A DNA stretch of 64,000 nt from an uncultured Bacteroidales bacterium (GCA_949300615.1 CASGEW010000002.1:4562-68561); one strand, 5' to 3'; shown: positions 49,875 through 60,248, numbered from the stretch's first letter. Translations and numbers: made by a program. The notes: generated from the sequence alone by a model not told the origin.

Positions 49875-51428
49875 ATGTCGCTCGATGCTTATTTAGTGCT
49901 TTTAGGACTTATCGCCATGCTGACCACCTTGATCCTGGACAAAATGCGTCCGGGGTTGGTACTGATGTCGGTCGTGGTATTCTTTTTATGCGCAGGGATA
50001 CTGACTCCCAAAGAGATGCTGGAAGGGTTCAGCAACAAAGGGATGATAACCGTAGCCATGCTGTTTTTGGTAAGCGAAGGCATCCGGCAAAGCGGAGCAT
50101 TGGAACACGTCATCAAAAAACTCCTTCCGGAAAAGAAAACCTCCGTATTCAAGGCGCAATTGCACATCCTGCCCCCTATCGCCTTTATCTCCGCCTTTTT
50201 GAACAACACGCCAGTAGTGGTAATCTTCGCCCCCATCATCAAACGATGGGCCGAGAAGGTAAAGATACCCGCTACCAAATTCCTCATACCGCTCTCTTAT
50301 GCCACCGTATTGGGAGGGCTCTGTACGTTAATCGGGACCTCTACCAACCTGGTGGTGCACGGCATGATTATCGATGCCGGATACGAAGGGTTTACCATGT
50401 TTGAAATTGCCTGGGTAGGTATCCCCCTTACCATCGCGGGGATTCTCTATATGCTGACATTTTCCAACAAACTGTTGCCCGACGTACGCGACAACAGCGC
50501 GGACGACGACTCGGAAGATGAAAATCTGGGAAATTTGCATCGGGTAGAGGCGGTTTTAAGCTCCCGGTTCCCCGGCATCAACAAAACGCTCAAAGAGTTC
50601 AACTTTACCCGCCACTACGGCGCCATCGTCAAAGAGATCAGAAGTGGGGGTATCCGTTATACACACGACCTGGACACTATCGTGCTGCACGAAGGCGACA
50701 CATTGGTGCTTTGGGCTGACGACACGTTCATCCCCACCTGGGGCGAATCGAGCGTATTCGTCCTCTTGGCAAACGGGACAGAGAGGGAGAGCCCCATGTC
50801 CAAAAAGAAAAGATGGCTGGCCCTGATCCTGCTCTTTATCATGATCGTCGGAGCAACGGTAGGCGAACTTCCCGTGGTAAAAGAGCATATCACGGGTATC
50901 AAGCTGGATATGTTTTTCTTCGTCTGCGTTACTACCATCATTATGGCATGGACAAAAATATTTCCGCCCAAGAAATATACCAAATACATCTCCTGGGACA
51001 TCCTTATCACCATTGCCTGCGCATTCGCCATCAGCAAAGCCATGGAGAACTCCGGTCTGGCATCCATGGCCGCCAGCTACATCATCAACCTGTCGCACAG
51101 CTACGGCCCGTATGCCCTGCTGGCCATGCTCTACCTCATTGTCAATGCGGTTACCGAACTGATTACCAACAATGCGGCAGCAGCCTTGGGATTCCCGATA
51201 GCGTTGTCGGTAGCCCTTCAATTAGGAGTGGACCCGACCCCTTTCTTCATCACAGTCTGCATCGCGGCGTCTGCGGCATTCAGCACCTCGATCGGTTACC
51301 AAACCAACCTGATCGTGCAAGGGGTGGGAGGATATAAATTTACCGATTTCGTAAAAATCGGGTTACCCATGAACCTGATCTGTTTCTTGATTTCAATTTT
51401 CTTAATACCGTTAGTATGGGAGTTTTAG
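49875..51428 (+). CDS. SLC13/DASS family anion permease with central TrkA-C domains (putative sulfate or sulfonucleotide transporter)
   Basis: 517 aa. Polytopic halves flank a soluble region with two TrkA-C-like repeats (RVEAVLSSRFPGINKTLKE, IVLHEGDTLVLW). Sits inside the cys cluster. Confidence 0.75.
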   Translation: MSLDAYLVLLGLIAMLTTLILDKMRPGLVLMSVVVFFLCAGILTPKEMLEGFSNKGMITVAMLFLVSEGIRQSGALEHVIKKLLPEKKTSVFKAQLHILPPIAFISAFLNNTPVVVIFAPIIKRWAEKVKIPATKFLIPLSYATVLGGLCTLIGTSTNLVVHGMIIDAGYEGFTMFEIAWVGIPLTIAGILYMLTFSNKLLPDVRDNSADDDSEDENLGNLHRVEAVLSSRFPGINKTLKEFNFTRHYGAIVKEIRSGGIRYTHDLDTIVLHEGDTLVLWADDTFIPTWGESSVFVLLANGTERESPMSKKKRWLALILLFIMIVGATVGELPVVKEHITGIKLDMFFFVCVTTIIMAWTKIFPPKKYTKYISWDILITIACAFAISKAMENSGLASMAASYIINLSHSYGPYALLAMLYLIVNAVTELITNNAAAALGFPIALSVALQLGVDPTPFFITVCIAASAAFSTSIGYQTNLIVQGVGGYKFTDFVKIGLPMNLICFLISIFLIPLVWEF

Positions 51429-52021
51429 ACAATAACATATATCCGATTTTCGACCGCATGATGGGTCGGGAAGACAAAGAATCGCTTCTGAAACAACACA
51501 GCCTGATGATCTGGTTTACCGGATTGTCCGGATCGGGGAAAAGCACCGTGGCCATTGCGCTGGAACGCGAACTGCACCGGCGCGGATTGCTCTGCCGGAT
51601 TCTCGACGGCGACAACATCCGCAGCGGTATCAACAACAATCTGGGCTTTACAGAAGCAGACCGGGTGGAAAATATCCGTCGTATTGCCGAGGTAAGCAAA
51701 CTGTTCATCGACACGGGTATCATCACCATTGCCGCGTTCATCAGCCCCAGCAACGACCTGCGCAAAATGGCCGCCGAAATCATCGGCCGGGAAAATTTCC
51801 TGGAAGTATTTGTCAATACGCCCTTGGAGGTATGCGAACAGCGGGACGTGAAAGGACTCTACGCCAAGGCCCGCCGAGGCGAGATAAAAAACTTTACCGG
51901 CATCAGCGCCCCCTTTGAAGCCCCTTCGCATCCCGACCTGACGCTCGACACCTCGAAATTGACCCTCGAAGAGTCGGTAAACCTCCTATTGGAAAAGATC
52001 TTGCCAAAAGTTTCACGATAA
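51416..52021 (+). CDS. cysC: Adenylyl-sulfate (APS) kinase
   Basis: 201 aa. [13 protein letters not shown]-loop, [20 protein letters not shown]. Overlaps the permease end by 13 nt. Confidence 0.92.
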   Translation: MGVLDNNIYPIFDRMMGREDKESLLKQHSLMIWFTGLSGSGKSTVAIALERELHRRGLLCRILDGDNIRSGINNNLGFTEADRVENIRRIAEVSKLFIDTGIITIAAFISPSNDLRKMAAEIIGRENFLEVFVNTPLEVCEQRDVKGLYAKARRGEIKNFTGISAPFEAPSHPDLTLDTSKLTLEESVNLLLEKILPKVSR

Positions 52022-52041
52022 CCAAGAACAATCTAACAGAT

Positions 52042-52950
52042 ATGTCAGAATATAAGTTAAGTCATTTAAAAGAGCTAGAAGCCGAAGCGATATACATCAT
52101 CCGCGAAGTGGCTGCCGAATTTCAGAATCCGGTAATGCTCTACTCCATCGGGAAAGATTCGTCCGTGATGGTACGTTTGGCCGAAAAGGCATTTGCCCCG
52201 GGCAAAGTTCCTTTCCCACTCATGCACATCGACTCCAAGTGGAAGTTCAAAGAGATGATCGCCTTCCGCGACCAATACGCCCGCGAGCACAACTGGAACC
52301 TGATCGTCGAATCGAACATGGAGGCCTTCCGGGCCGGTGTAGGGCCCTTTACGCACGGAAGCAAAGTGCACACCGACTTGATGAAGACACAGGCTCTTTT
52401 GTCCGCTTTGGACAAATACAAATTCGATGCCGCATTCGGAGGAGCCCGGCGGGACGAAGAGAAATCGCGCGCCAAGGAGCGGATATTCTCTTTCCGGGAC
52501 AGGTTCCACCAATGGGATCCCAAAAACCAACGCCCCGAATTATGGGACATCTACAACACCAAAGTCAATAAAGGCGAATCCATCCGGGTCTTTCCCCTCT
52601 CCAACTGGACAGAATTGGATGTATGGCAATACATCCGGCTGGAAAACATCCCCATCGTCCCGCTCTATTTTGCCAAAGAGCGCCCCATCGTAAACATCGA
52701 CGGCAACCTGATCATGGTCGATGACGACCGGATGCCAGAAAAATACCGGAAACAGGCCAAAATGATGAAAGTACGGTTCCGTACCTTAGGTTGTTATCCG
52801 CTCACCGGAGCCATCGAATCGGAAGCCGATACGATCGAAAAAATCGTCGAAGAGATGATGACCACCACCAAATCGGAACGTACCACCCGGGTCATAGACT
52901 TCGACCAGGAGGCCAGTATGGAACAGAAAAAAAGAGAAGGTTATTTTTAA
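52042..52950 (+). CDS. cysD: Sulfate adenylyltransferase subunit 2
   Basis: 302 aa. PAPS-reductase-fold motifs ([41 protein letters not shown]). Confidence 0.93.
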   Translation: MSEYKLSHLKELEAEAIYIIREVAAEFQNPVMLYSIGKDSSVMVRLAEKAFAPGKVPFPLMHIDSKWKFKEMIAFRDQYAREHNWNLIVESNMEAFRAGVGPFTHGSKVHTDLMKTQALLSALDKYKFDAAFGGARRDEEKSRAKERIFSFRDRFHQWDPKNQRPELWDIYNTKVNKGESIRVFPLSNWTELDVWQYIRLENIPIVPLYFAKERPIVNIDGNLIMVDDDRMPEKYRKQAKMMKVRFRTLGCYPLTGAIESEADTIEKIVEEMMTTTKSERTTRVIDFDQEASMEQKKREGYF

Positions 52951-52962
52951 GAGACGAAAATT

Positions 52963-54696
52963 ATGACGACACCGACACTAAATATAAAAGAGTTCCTCGA
53001 CCAGGACGAAAAAAAAGACCTGCTGCGCCTGTTGACTGCCGGGTCGGTAGATGACGGCAAATCGACGCTGATAGGACGGTTGCTGTTCGACAGCAAAAAA
53101 CTTTACGAAGACCAGCTGGTTGCCCTGGAACGCGACAGCAAACGGGTAGGAAACGCCGGAGAAGACAACATCGACTACGCCCTGCTGCTCGACGGGCTGA
53201 AAGCCGAACGCGAACAGGGTATTACCATCGACGTGGCATACCGCTACTTCTCTACCAACAAACGGAAATTCATCATCGCCGATACCCCGGGACACGAACA
53301 ATATACCCGCAACATGATAACGGGCGGCTCTACGGCCAACCTGGCCATCATCCTGGTGGACGCACGTACCGGGGTCATTACACAGACCAAACGGCACTCG
53401 TACCTGATCTCCCTGTTGGGCATCAAACACGTGGTACTGGCTGTCAACAAAATGGACTTGGTAGATTACAGCCAGGAGGTTTTCGACAAGATTGTAAACG
53501 ATTACAAAACGTTCGTGGCCCCGTTCAACATCCCAGACATCCAATGTATCCCGCTGTCAGCGCTCAAAGGCGACAACGTGGTCGATCCTTCGCCCAACAT
53601 GACCTGGTACACCGGATTGCCGCTGCTGGGATTTCTGGAAACCGTACACGTGGCCAGCGACCAAAACTTCGAGAACTTCCGCTATCCGGTGCAGTACGTA
53701 TCGCGACCGAACCTCGATTTCAGGGGATTTTGCGGAAAAGTAGCCTCGGGAATCGTACGAAAAGGCGACGAAATCGTGGCGCTGCCCTCGGGCAAAAAAT
53801 CGCGGATAAAATCCATCTATACCTACGACGGAGAACTGGACGAGGCTTTCCCGCCCCAATCCGTTACGCTGACGCTGGAAGACGAGATAGATGTCTCCCG
53901 GGGCGAAATGCTGGTACACCCGTCCGACCTGCCCCGCATCGGCCGCAACTTCGAGGCCATGCTTGTGTGGATGGACGAAAAGGAGATGGATGCCGGACAG
54001 CAATATTACCTCAAACATACCACCAATACTACTCGGGCCCATATCGACTCGATCCGTTACAAGGTGGATGTGAACACCTTGAAACAGTCGGCCACCGACG
54101 CATTGACCTTAAACGAAATAGGCCGCGTTACACTGGCTACCAACAAACCGTTGTTTTTCGACCCGTACCAGAACAACAAAAATTGCGGCGCCTTCATCCT
54201 GATAGACCCGATCACCAACAATACTTGTGCCGTAGGGATGATTATCGACCAGATCAACAGCAAGGACATAGCCTCGAACATCACCGACGAAATACGCCGA
54301 CAAATGGCACAAGGCATCTCTGCCGTATCCCTGGAAGAGAAAGAAAAACGACTCGACCAGAAGGGATGCGTATTCTCCATCGCCGGCAACTCTCCGGAAG
54401 CCAAACGCGAATATGCCTACCTGCTGGAACGCCGGCTGACAGACATCGGACGTACCGTAGCCGTTATAGACGCCGTTGCCTTGCAACTGGACGCTGAAAT
54501 CTGCCACCGCATAGGCCACACCCTCCGGATGCAGGGGTTGGTAGTCATCTGCATTACGTGCGACGGAGCGGGCGACGACGACAACCTGCTCGTCATCACC
54601 CAGGAGAGAAACCAGGGCTCGATGATCAGCAGCTCGGCCGAACGCCACAAAATATCGTCTGCCGTAGAAGATATCGTAAACAAGATTGCACAATAA
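52963..54696 (+). CDS. cysN: Sulfate adenylyltransferase subunit 1 (GTPase) with C-terminal degenerate APS-kinase-like extension
   Basis: 577 aa. GTPase G1 [21 protein letters not shown]. Residues about 431-577 extend beyond the usual CysN length. Confidence 0.9.
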   Translation: MTTPTLNIKEFLDQDEKKDLLRLLTAGSVDDGKSTLIGRLLFDSKKLYEDQLVALERDSKRVGNAGEDNIDYALLLDGLKAEREQGITIDVAYRYFSTNKRKFIIADTPGHEQYTRNMITGGSTANLAIILVDARTGVITQTKRHSYLISLLGIKHVVLAVNKMDLVDYSQEVFDKIVNDYKTFVAPFNIPDIQCIPLSALKGDNVVDPSPNMTWYTGLPLLGFLETVHVASDQNFENFRYPVQYVSRPNLDFRGFCGKVASGIVRKGDEIVALPSGKKSRIKSIYTYDGELDEAFPPQSVTLTLEDEIDVSRGEMLVHPSDLPRIGRNFEAMLVWMDEKEMDAGQQYYLKHTTNTTRAHIDSIRYKVDVNTLKQSATDALTLNEIGRVTLATNKPLFFDPYQNNKNCGAFILIDPITNNTCAVGMIIDQINSKDIASNITDEIRRQMAQGISAVSLEEKEKRLDQKGCVFSIAGNSPEAKREYAYLLERRLTDIGRTVAVIDAVALQLDAEICHRIGHTLRMQGLVVICITCDGAGDDDNLLVITQERNQGSMISSSAERHKISSAVEDIVNKIAQ

Positions 54697-54707
54697 ACGA
54701 AACAGAT

Positions 54708-55814
54708 ATGGGACTGTTGGAATTTGACAAACTGCCTATCAACACCTTGGTAGGAGCGCAATGGAAAACCTTCAAGGCTATTACGAAAGAGAAACAGATA
54801 GACGCTCCGTACCGGAACAAGTTTCGGCTTACGAAAGCCTGTTGCCGGTTGTTGAGCCTGTTGCAACCGTTTGAAGATAGCCGGTACCGGAAATTGTTGC
54901 AGGACAAGACTACGGGGTTGCCCCCTGTATTCATCCTGGGACATTGGCGCAGCGGCACTACCTTCGTACACAACGTATTGTCGAAAGACAAGCACTTTGC
55001 CTACAACACGACCTACCAGACCGTATTCCCCAACCTGATGCTTTTCGGACAGTCGTTCTTCAAAAAGAGTACCGCCCTACTCATGCCCGACAAACGCCCT
55101 ACCGACAACATGGAGTTACAGGTGGACCTCCCCCAGGAAGAGGAGTTCGCCCTGGCCAACATGATGCCCTATACGTTCTATAACTTCTGGTTCTTCCCCA
55201 AACATACCCAGGAGTATTGCAACCGGTACCTGTTGTTCAACGACCTGCCCGAAGAGGAGTACCTCGTCTTCAAGGAGGCGTTCGAGAAATTAATCAAAAT
55301 ATCGCTGTGGAATACGCACGGGACGCAATTCCTGTCGAAGAATCCTCCCCATACGGGACGTATCCCCGAACTGCTGAGGATGTTCCCGGATGCGAAATTC
55401 ATCTACCTGATGCGTAATCCCTATACGGTTTTTGAATCCACCCGCAGCTTCTTCACCAACACCATCAAACCGTTGCAGTTGCAGGAGATTACCCCGGAAC
55501 AACTGGAACAAAACATCGTGGAAACCTATACAAAACTGTTGCATAAATACGAAGCGGACAAACACCTGATTCCGGAAGGGAACCTGATAGAGATTAAATT
55601 CGAGGATTTTGAAGCAGATGCCATGGCACAAACCGAACGGATTTACCATACCCTCTCCATCCCGGGACTGGAAGAGGCCCGTCCGGAGATAGAGGCTTAC
55701 CTGGCCTCCAAAAAAGGGTATAAAAAAAACCGCTACCAGTACGCTCCCCAAACGGTAAAGACCGTAGAGGAGAACTGGTCTTTCGCTTTGGATCAATGGG
55801 GTTACAAATTATAA
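54708..55814 (+). CDS. PAPS-dependent sulfotransferase
   Basis: The track ORF starts at 54558 inside cysN. The start MGLLEFDKL at 54708 is more plausible. 5'-PSB loop GHWRSGTTF and a 3'-PB-like YLMRNPYTVFES. Confidence 0.8.
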   Translation: MGLLEFDKLPINTLVGAQWKTFKAITKEKQIDAPYRNKFRLTKACCRLLSLLQPFEDSRYRKLLQDKTTGLPPVFILGHWRSGTTFVHNVLSKDKHFAYNTTYQTVFPNLMLFGQSFFKKSTALLMPDKRPTDNMELQVDLPQEEEFALANMMPYTFYNFWFFPKHTQEYCNRYLLFNDLPEEEYLVFKEAFEKLIKISLWNTHGTQFLSKNPPHTGRIPELLRMFPDAKFIYLMRNPYTVFESTRSFFTNTIKPLQLQEITPEQLEQNIVETYTKLLHKYEADKHLIPEGNLIEIKFEDFEADAMAQTERIYHTLSIPGLEEARPEIEAYLASKKGYKKNRYQYAPQTVKTVEENWSFALDQWGYKL

Positions 55815-55849
55815 ACGGCGATATTGCCCGCATTTAATAAATGGAATAG

Positions 55850-56806
55850 ATGATGAAGATGTACAAATATGCTTTATGGATGACCGTGGTTTTAAGTGCC
55901 ACCGTGCAGTTATCGGCCCAAAAGATAGAGCCCATCCCCTTCGGGGACATGGACAACTGGCTGGTTCGGGAAATCAAGGAATCGGCCCTGTTGGGAGGTA
56001 ATACGCAATACGTATATGCCGTAGCACCCTCCGATACGGTAAAAGGCAACGAAGCCTATGTGCCCAAGGAGTCGCCCTGGGGCAGCTCCAACGTGATGGC
56101 CAATGTGATGGGTGTTATCAAGACAAGTACCACCGTCTTCCCCGAAAAACGCGGCAACGGCTATTGTGCCCGCATGGAGACGAAGCTGGTTTCGTGCAAG
56201 GTATTGGGAATGTTCAACATCAAGGTGCTTGCCTCGGGAACCATCTTCTTAGGGCAAATGGACGAACCTATCCGCAACACCAACAACCCGCAAAGCAAGA
56301 TGATTTCGGGCATACCGTTCACCAAACGCCCCACCGCCCTGATGTTGGACTACAAGGCGAGCCCGGCCGAAAAAATGATCAAGGCGACCGGATTCAGCAA
56401 AATACAAAACCTCAACGGACGGGACTCTGCCGAAGTGTGCGTCTATCTGCAAAAAAGGTGGGAAGATGAACAGGGCAACATCCATGCCAAACGCATCGCC
56501 ACGGCATACTATAAATTCGGGCAAGCCAGCAACGGTTGGGTAAACGAGTTCAAGATACCGTTCCTGTACGGCGACATCACCCAACATCCCGATTACAAAC
56601 CCTATATGTGTCTGGTTCCGGAAAACGACCCCAAATATACCCGCAACAGCAAAGGCGAAATGGTTCCCATCCACGAAGAGGCATGGGGCGATGCCCAGGA
56701 TGAACCGACCCATATCATTTTGCGTATATCGGCAGGAGACAAAGGCGCGTATATCGGTTCACCCGACAGCAAACTGTGGGTGGATAATGTAAAATTTGTT
56801 TATTGA
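55850..56806 (+). CDS. Secreted protein, PCMD-domain-like (family call tentative)
   Basis: 318 aa with a signal peptide. Lies 35 nt downstream of the sulfotransferase with no promoter motif between them. The N-terminal IPFGDMDNW segment resembles PCMD-type proteins, from memory. Confidence 0.4.
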   Translation: MMKMYKYALWMTVVLSATVQLSAQKIEPIPFGDMDNWLVREIKESALLGGNTQYVYAVAPSDTVKGNEAYVPKESPWGSSNVMANVMGVIKTSTTVFPEKRGNGYCARMETKLVSCKVLGMFNIKVLASGTIFLGQMDEPIRNTNNPQSKMISGIPFTKRPTALMLDYKASPAEKMIKATGFSKIQNLNGRDSAEVCVYLQKRWEDEQGNIHAKRIATAYYKFGQASNGWVNEFKIPFLYGDITQHPDYKPYMCLVPENDPKYTRNSKGEMVPIHEEAWGDAQDEPTHIILRISAGDKGAYIGSPDSKLWVDNVKFVY

Positions 56807-56842
56807 CGCCGATTTTTCTTTGGCGGGAATAAACGATTCTTC

Positions 56843-56850
56843 TATATTTG
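56843..56850 (+). promoter_or_regulatory. -7 promoter motif (TATATTTG) upstream of the BamA/TamA-family gene
   Basis: Exact TAnnTTTG match 61 nt upstream of the ATG at 56911. Preceded by a small CGCC..GGCG hairpin. Confidence 0.4.
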
Positions 56851-56910
56851 CGTCCAAGAACAGTCAACCTTGTCGATCCCTTATCAGACCGCATGATATA
56901 GAAAAGCCTT

Positions 56911-59214
56911 TTGCAAATGAAACATTCGTTGAAACTCCTCTGTTTGTTGTTACCGCTTTTGTCGGCGTGCAGTGCAACAAAATATGTAGGAGAGAATGAA
57001 TATTTGCTGGACAAGGTCATCGTGGAAACCGACAATAAGAACGTCAAGGCAAGCTCATTGAAGGCTTACGTGCGGCAAGAACCCAACCACAAGGCTTTTG
57101 GGTTGGTACGCTTCCCGTTGCATCTGTACAGCCTTTCGGGACGCGACTCTACCAAAAGAATCAACCGTTGGCTGCGCAGGACAGGAACTCCTCCGGTAAT
57201 ATACAGCGAATCGCTGACCGAACGCTCCCGCCAAGAGATTGAAAAAGCCCTCTCGAACCAAGGATACATGGGGGCTTCCGTTTCGGTAGATACCATAATA
57301 AAAAAGAAAAAAATCACCGTAAAATACAAAGCCGTCACCGGAGAACCTTATTACATAGACGGCATCAGCTACAACATACCCAACGATACGATCCGCCGTA
57401 TCGTCCTGCAAGACACCTCGGCCCTGCTGCTGAAAAACGGAGCCCTGTTCGACCGGAACGTGCTCGAAGAAGAACGGCAACGCATCTCCACGTTGTTGCG
57501 CAACAGGGGATACTACGCCTTTAACAAGGAGTATATCACCTATACGGCCGATACCACCCGCTCGCACCGGGTAAACCTGGAACTGAACCTGATGCCGATG
57601 CCGGTAGAGAGCAACGGACGGTTGGTTTATGAGAAACATAAAACCTACCGCATCAATCAGGTATATTTCATCACGAACTACGACCCGATGAATACCAGTG
57701 CCGAACAAACGGAGGTATTGGATACGGTAGATTACAAGGGATACAAAATCTTATACGGAAAAAAACAGTATATCAAAAAGAGTACGCTGGTAAATAACTG
57801 CTACATAGAACCCGGCCGCTTGTTTTCAAACCGGATGGTGGATAACACTTACAGCGCGTTCAGCCGGTTGCGTGTACTGAAATATGTCAACATACGCTTT
57901 GTCCCGATAGAAGTAGGAGACGAAGAGATGCTGAACTGTTACATCCTGCTGACCGAAGGCAAATCCCAGACCATCTCGATCGACGTGGAGGGGACGAACT
58001 CGGCCGGAGATTTTGGCTTTGCCGTAGGATTGACACACCAGCATCGCAACATTTTCAAAGGATCGGAAACCTGGTCCACTAAATTCCGGATGGCCTACGA
58101 ATCGTTGTCAGGCAATTTCGGGAGTATCATCAACGACAACTATACGGAACTAAGTGCCGAAACAGGCATCATCTATCCCCAATTTCTTTTCCCGTTCCTT
58201 AGCCCCTCTTTTAAAAAGCGGTTGCGGGCAACGACAGAATTCTCCATCAACGCCAACCTGCAACAACGGCCCGAATATACCCGGGTAATTGCCGGCGCGG
58301 GATGGAAATACAAGTGGAACACACGGCGGAACCTGTTTCGGCATACACTCGACCTGGTCGATGTCAGCTACGTATATCTACCCAAAAGCATCAGTGGATT
58401 TATCGACAGTATCTCACCCGACAACCCGTTGTTGCGATACAGTTACGAGGACCACTTCATCATGCGCTCATCCTATATTTTTTACCGTACCAACCTGAAT
58501 ACCGCATCCAACAACCTGTATAATATCTACACGTTGCGTGCCGCCGGAGAGATTGCCGGTAACCTGCTATACGGATTGTCGAAACTGACGGGACAGCAAC
58601 GGGGAGCCGACCAGGAGTATTCGTTCCTGGGCATCCGGTACTCGCAATATGCCAAGGCAGACATCGACTACTCCTATACATTCCGGTTTACCGAGAAGAA
58701 CTCGTTGGCGCTCCATGTGGGGACAGGGATAGCCATACCCTACGGCAACTCGGAGATGTTGCCGTTTGAAAAACGCTACTTCTCGGGCGGGGCCAACAGC
58801 GTAAGGGGTTGGTCGGTGCGGACGTTAGGCCCGGGTACCTACCGGGGAGAGAATACTGTGACCGATTTTATGAACCAATGCGGAGATATCCGGCTCGACT
58901 TGAATGCCGAATACCGATCCAAAATTATCTGGAAATTGGAATTGGCCGCCTTTATCGATGCCGGGAATATCTGGACTATCCGCAGCTATCCGCAACAACC
59001 GGGCGGCGTATTCAAACTACGCTCTTTCTACAAAGAGCTGGCCATGGCATACGGACTGGGAGCCCGGCTCGATTTCAACTATTTCATCCTCCGTTTCGAC
59101 TTGGGGATAAAGGCTTTCGATCCCTCGCTGACGGGATCGAAACGTTGGGTAATCGCCAACCAGAACCTGCGCCAGGATGCGACGTTGCACTTTGCCGTCG
59201 GTTATCCGTTCTAA
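56911..59214 (+). CDS. BamA/TamA (Omp85, surface antigen D15) family outer membrane protein
   Basis: 767 aa. Lipoprotein-like signal peptide, POTRA-like N-terminal repeats, a C-terminal barrel with FSGGANSVRGW, and a terminal aromatic (GYPF). Confidence 0.75.
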   Translation: MQMKHSLKLLCLLLPLLSACSATKYVGENEYLLDKVIVETDNKNVKASSLKAYVRQEPNHKAFGLVRFPLHLYSLSGRDSTKRINRWLRRTGTPPVIYSESLTERSRQEIEKALSNQGYMGASVSVDTIIKKKKITVKYKAVTGEPYYIDGISYNIPNDTIRRIVLQDTSALLLKNGALFDRNVLEEERQRISTLLRNRGYYAFNKEYITYTADTTRSHRVNLELNLMPMPVESNGRLVYEKHKTYRINQVYFITNYDPMNTSAEQTEVLDTVDYKGYKILYGKKQYIKKSTLVNNCYIEPGRLFSNRMVDNTYSAFSRLRVLKYVNIRFVPIEVGDEEMLNCYILLTEGKSQTISIDVEGTNSAGDFGFAVGLTHQHRNIFKGSETWSTKFRMAYESLSGNFGSIINDNYTELSAETGIIYPQFLFPFLSPSFKKRLRATTEFSINANLQQRPEYTRVIAGAGWKYKWNTRRNLFRHTLDLVDVSYVYLPKSISGFIDSISPDNPLLRYSYEDHFIMRSSYIFYRTNLNTASNNLYNIYTLRAAGEIAGNLLYGLSKLTGQQRGADQEYSFLGIRYSQYAKADIDYSYTFRFTEKNSLALHVGTGIAIPYGNSEMLPFEKRYFSGGANSVRGWSVRTLGPGTYRGENTVTDFMNQCGDIRLDLNAEYRSKIIWKLELAAFIDAGNIWTIRSYPQQPGGVFKLRSFYKELAMAYGLGARLDFNYFILRFDLGIKAFDPSLTGSKRWVIANQNLRQDATLHFAVGYPF

Positions 59215-59278
59215 CCGGGCGGCGTGAAACCTGTAAAAATAATCGAAACAAAGATTTGTATTTTCAGAGAAAAGGCGC

Positions 59279-59286
59279 TACCTTTG
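59279..59286 (+). promoter_or_regulatory. -7 promoter motif (TACCTTTG) with upstream TTTG (-33-like) for tRNA-Arg
   Basis: TAnnTTTG ends 18 nt before the mature tRNA 5' end. TTTG at 59255-59258. Confidence 0.5.
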
Positions 59287-59303
59287 CAGCGCAATAAAAG
59301 GAT

Positions 59304-59377
59304 GGTCGGGTAGCTCAGCTGGATAGAGCAACAGCCTTCTAAGCTGTGGGTCTTGGGTTCGAATCCCAACCCGATCA
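59304..59377 (+). tRNA. tRNA-Arg (anticodon TCT)
   Basis: Hand-folded 74 nt cloverleaf. Acceptor GGTCGGG/CCCGATC, D arm GCTC..GAGC, anticodon stem ACAGC/GCTGT with loop CTTCTAA, T arm TTGGG TTCGAAT CCCAA. No encoded CCA. Confidence 0.92.
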
Positions 59378-59390
59378 CACACGAAACATT

Positions 59391-59425
59391 AGGCGATTAC
59401 ACAATATTAAGTAGTCGCCTTTTTT
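59391..59425 (+). terminator. Terminator after tRNA-Arg
   Basis: AGGCGATTAC / GTAGTCGCCT stem (one mismatch) followed by TTTTT. Confidence 0.5.
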
Positions 59426-59890
59426 ATTGATTTATCTTAGAAAAAATATCTGCTGTTTAGTTGATGCGAATTGACAATCTAATGCCCTTACTGTTACAAG
59501 TGCTTTATTTACATCCAGAAGTAGAACTGTACTTCCTTTTTACTTATCTTATTACAAAGTCATAACATCTTCATAATCTGTGCTTACGAGGAATACAAAT
59601 TTAAGCATATAAGAAGCTGAACATTAATTACTTGATATTACCACTCGAATGATTAATATCAAGTTTATAAAATATTAATACCAAACAATAGACCTATTGT
59701 TGTGTTTTTGTTACTATCATCACTCTTTTAATTACCGACACAAACGATGACTTACCGCCCTCATTCAACACAAAGAAGACAACACAAAAACATATCCGAA
59801 CTGGGAAATATAGAGGAGAAAATCAAATTAGGAATTTGATACTTATTGATAAATAAGAAAACATAAATATAAATATTACAAAATAACATT

Positions 59891-59898
59891 TATATTTG
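59891..59898 (+). promoter_or_regulatory. -7 promoter motif (TATATTTG) upstream of the Bor-like gene
   Basis: Exact TAnnTTTG match 33 nt upstream of the ATG at 59931. Confidence 0.4.
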
Positions 59899-59930
59899 CA
59901 TAAACATTTAACCCAATAAAAGAATAAAAA

Positions 59931-60248
59931 ATGAAAAAAGTATTTATGTGCGTTTCTCTTGCGCTTTTAATGACATCCTGTTATAGTACAAAGATATGCG
60001 TTGGAAACATGAAAGCTGATGACCCGGCAATAAAAGTAAATTCCGTAACCAATCATCATTTCCTATATGGTCTGATACCGGGAGGAAAGACGAAAGTAGA
60101 TGCACAAAAATACATTGGTGAAAAAGAAAATTATGCTATCAAAAATAACTGGACATTCATTAATGGATTTTTAGGTTGTCTAACTTGTGGCATTTACACT
60201 CCTACAACCACCACTTTCTATGTTCCATTAGACGATGTAAAGAAATAA
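59931..60248 (+). CDS. Bor/Iss-family lipoprotein homologue
   Basis: 105 aa. Lipobox LMTSC. HHFLYGLIPGGKTKVDAQKYIG and TFINGFLGCLTCGIYTPTTTTFYV align by eye with phage lambda Bor (HHFFVSGIGQKKTVDAAKICGG, TFVNGLLGFITLGIYTP), recalled from memory. Confidence 0.65.
   Translation: MKKVFMCVSLALLMTSCYSTKICVGNMKADDPAIKVNSVTNHHFLYGLIPGGKTKVDAQKYIGEKENYAIKNNWTFINGFLGCLTCGIYTPTTTTFYVPLDDVKK

Noticed and set aside
56911-59214. TamA-TamB translocation module
   Set aside because: The Omp85-family gene is present, but no large TamB/DUF490-like partner is adjacent. The gene is flanked by the sulfation operon and a tRNA. I therefore keep only the family-level call.
59440-59930. Short ORFs and small hairpins in the AT-rich non-coding stretch, such as a 33-codon ORF from 59467 and the ACTTGATATTA / TAATATCAAGT inverted repeat near 59630
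   Set aside because: In AT-rich DNA these are expected by chance. I could see no coding signature, promoter-terminator pairing or similarity to a known RNA.
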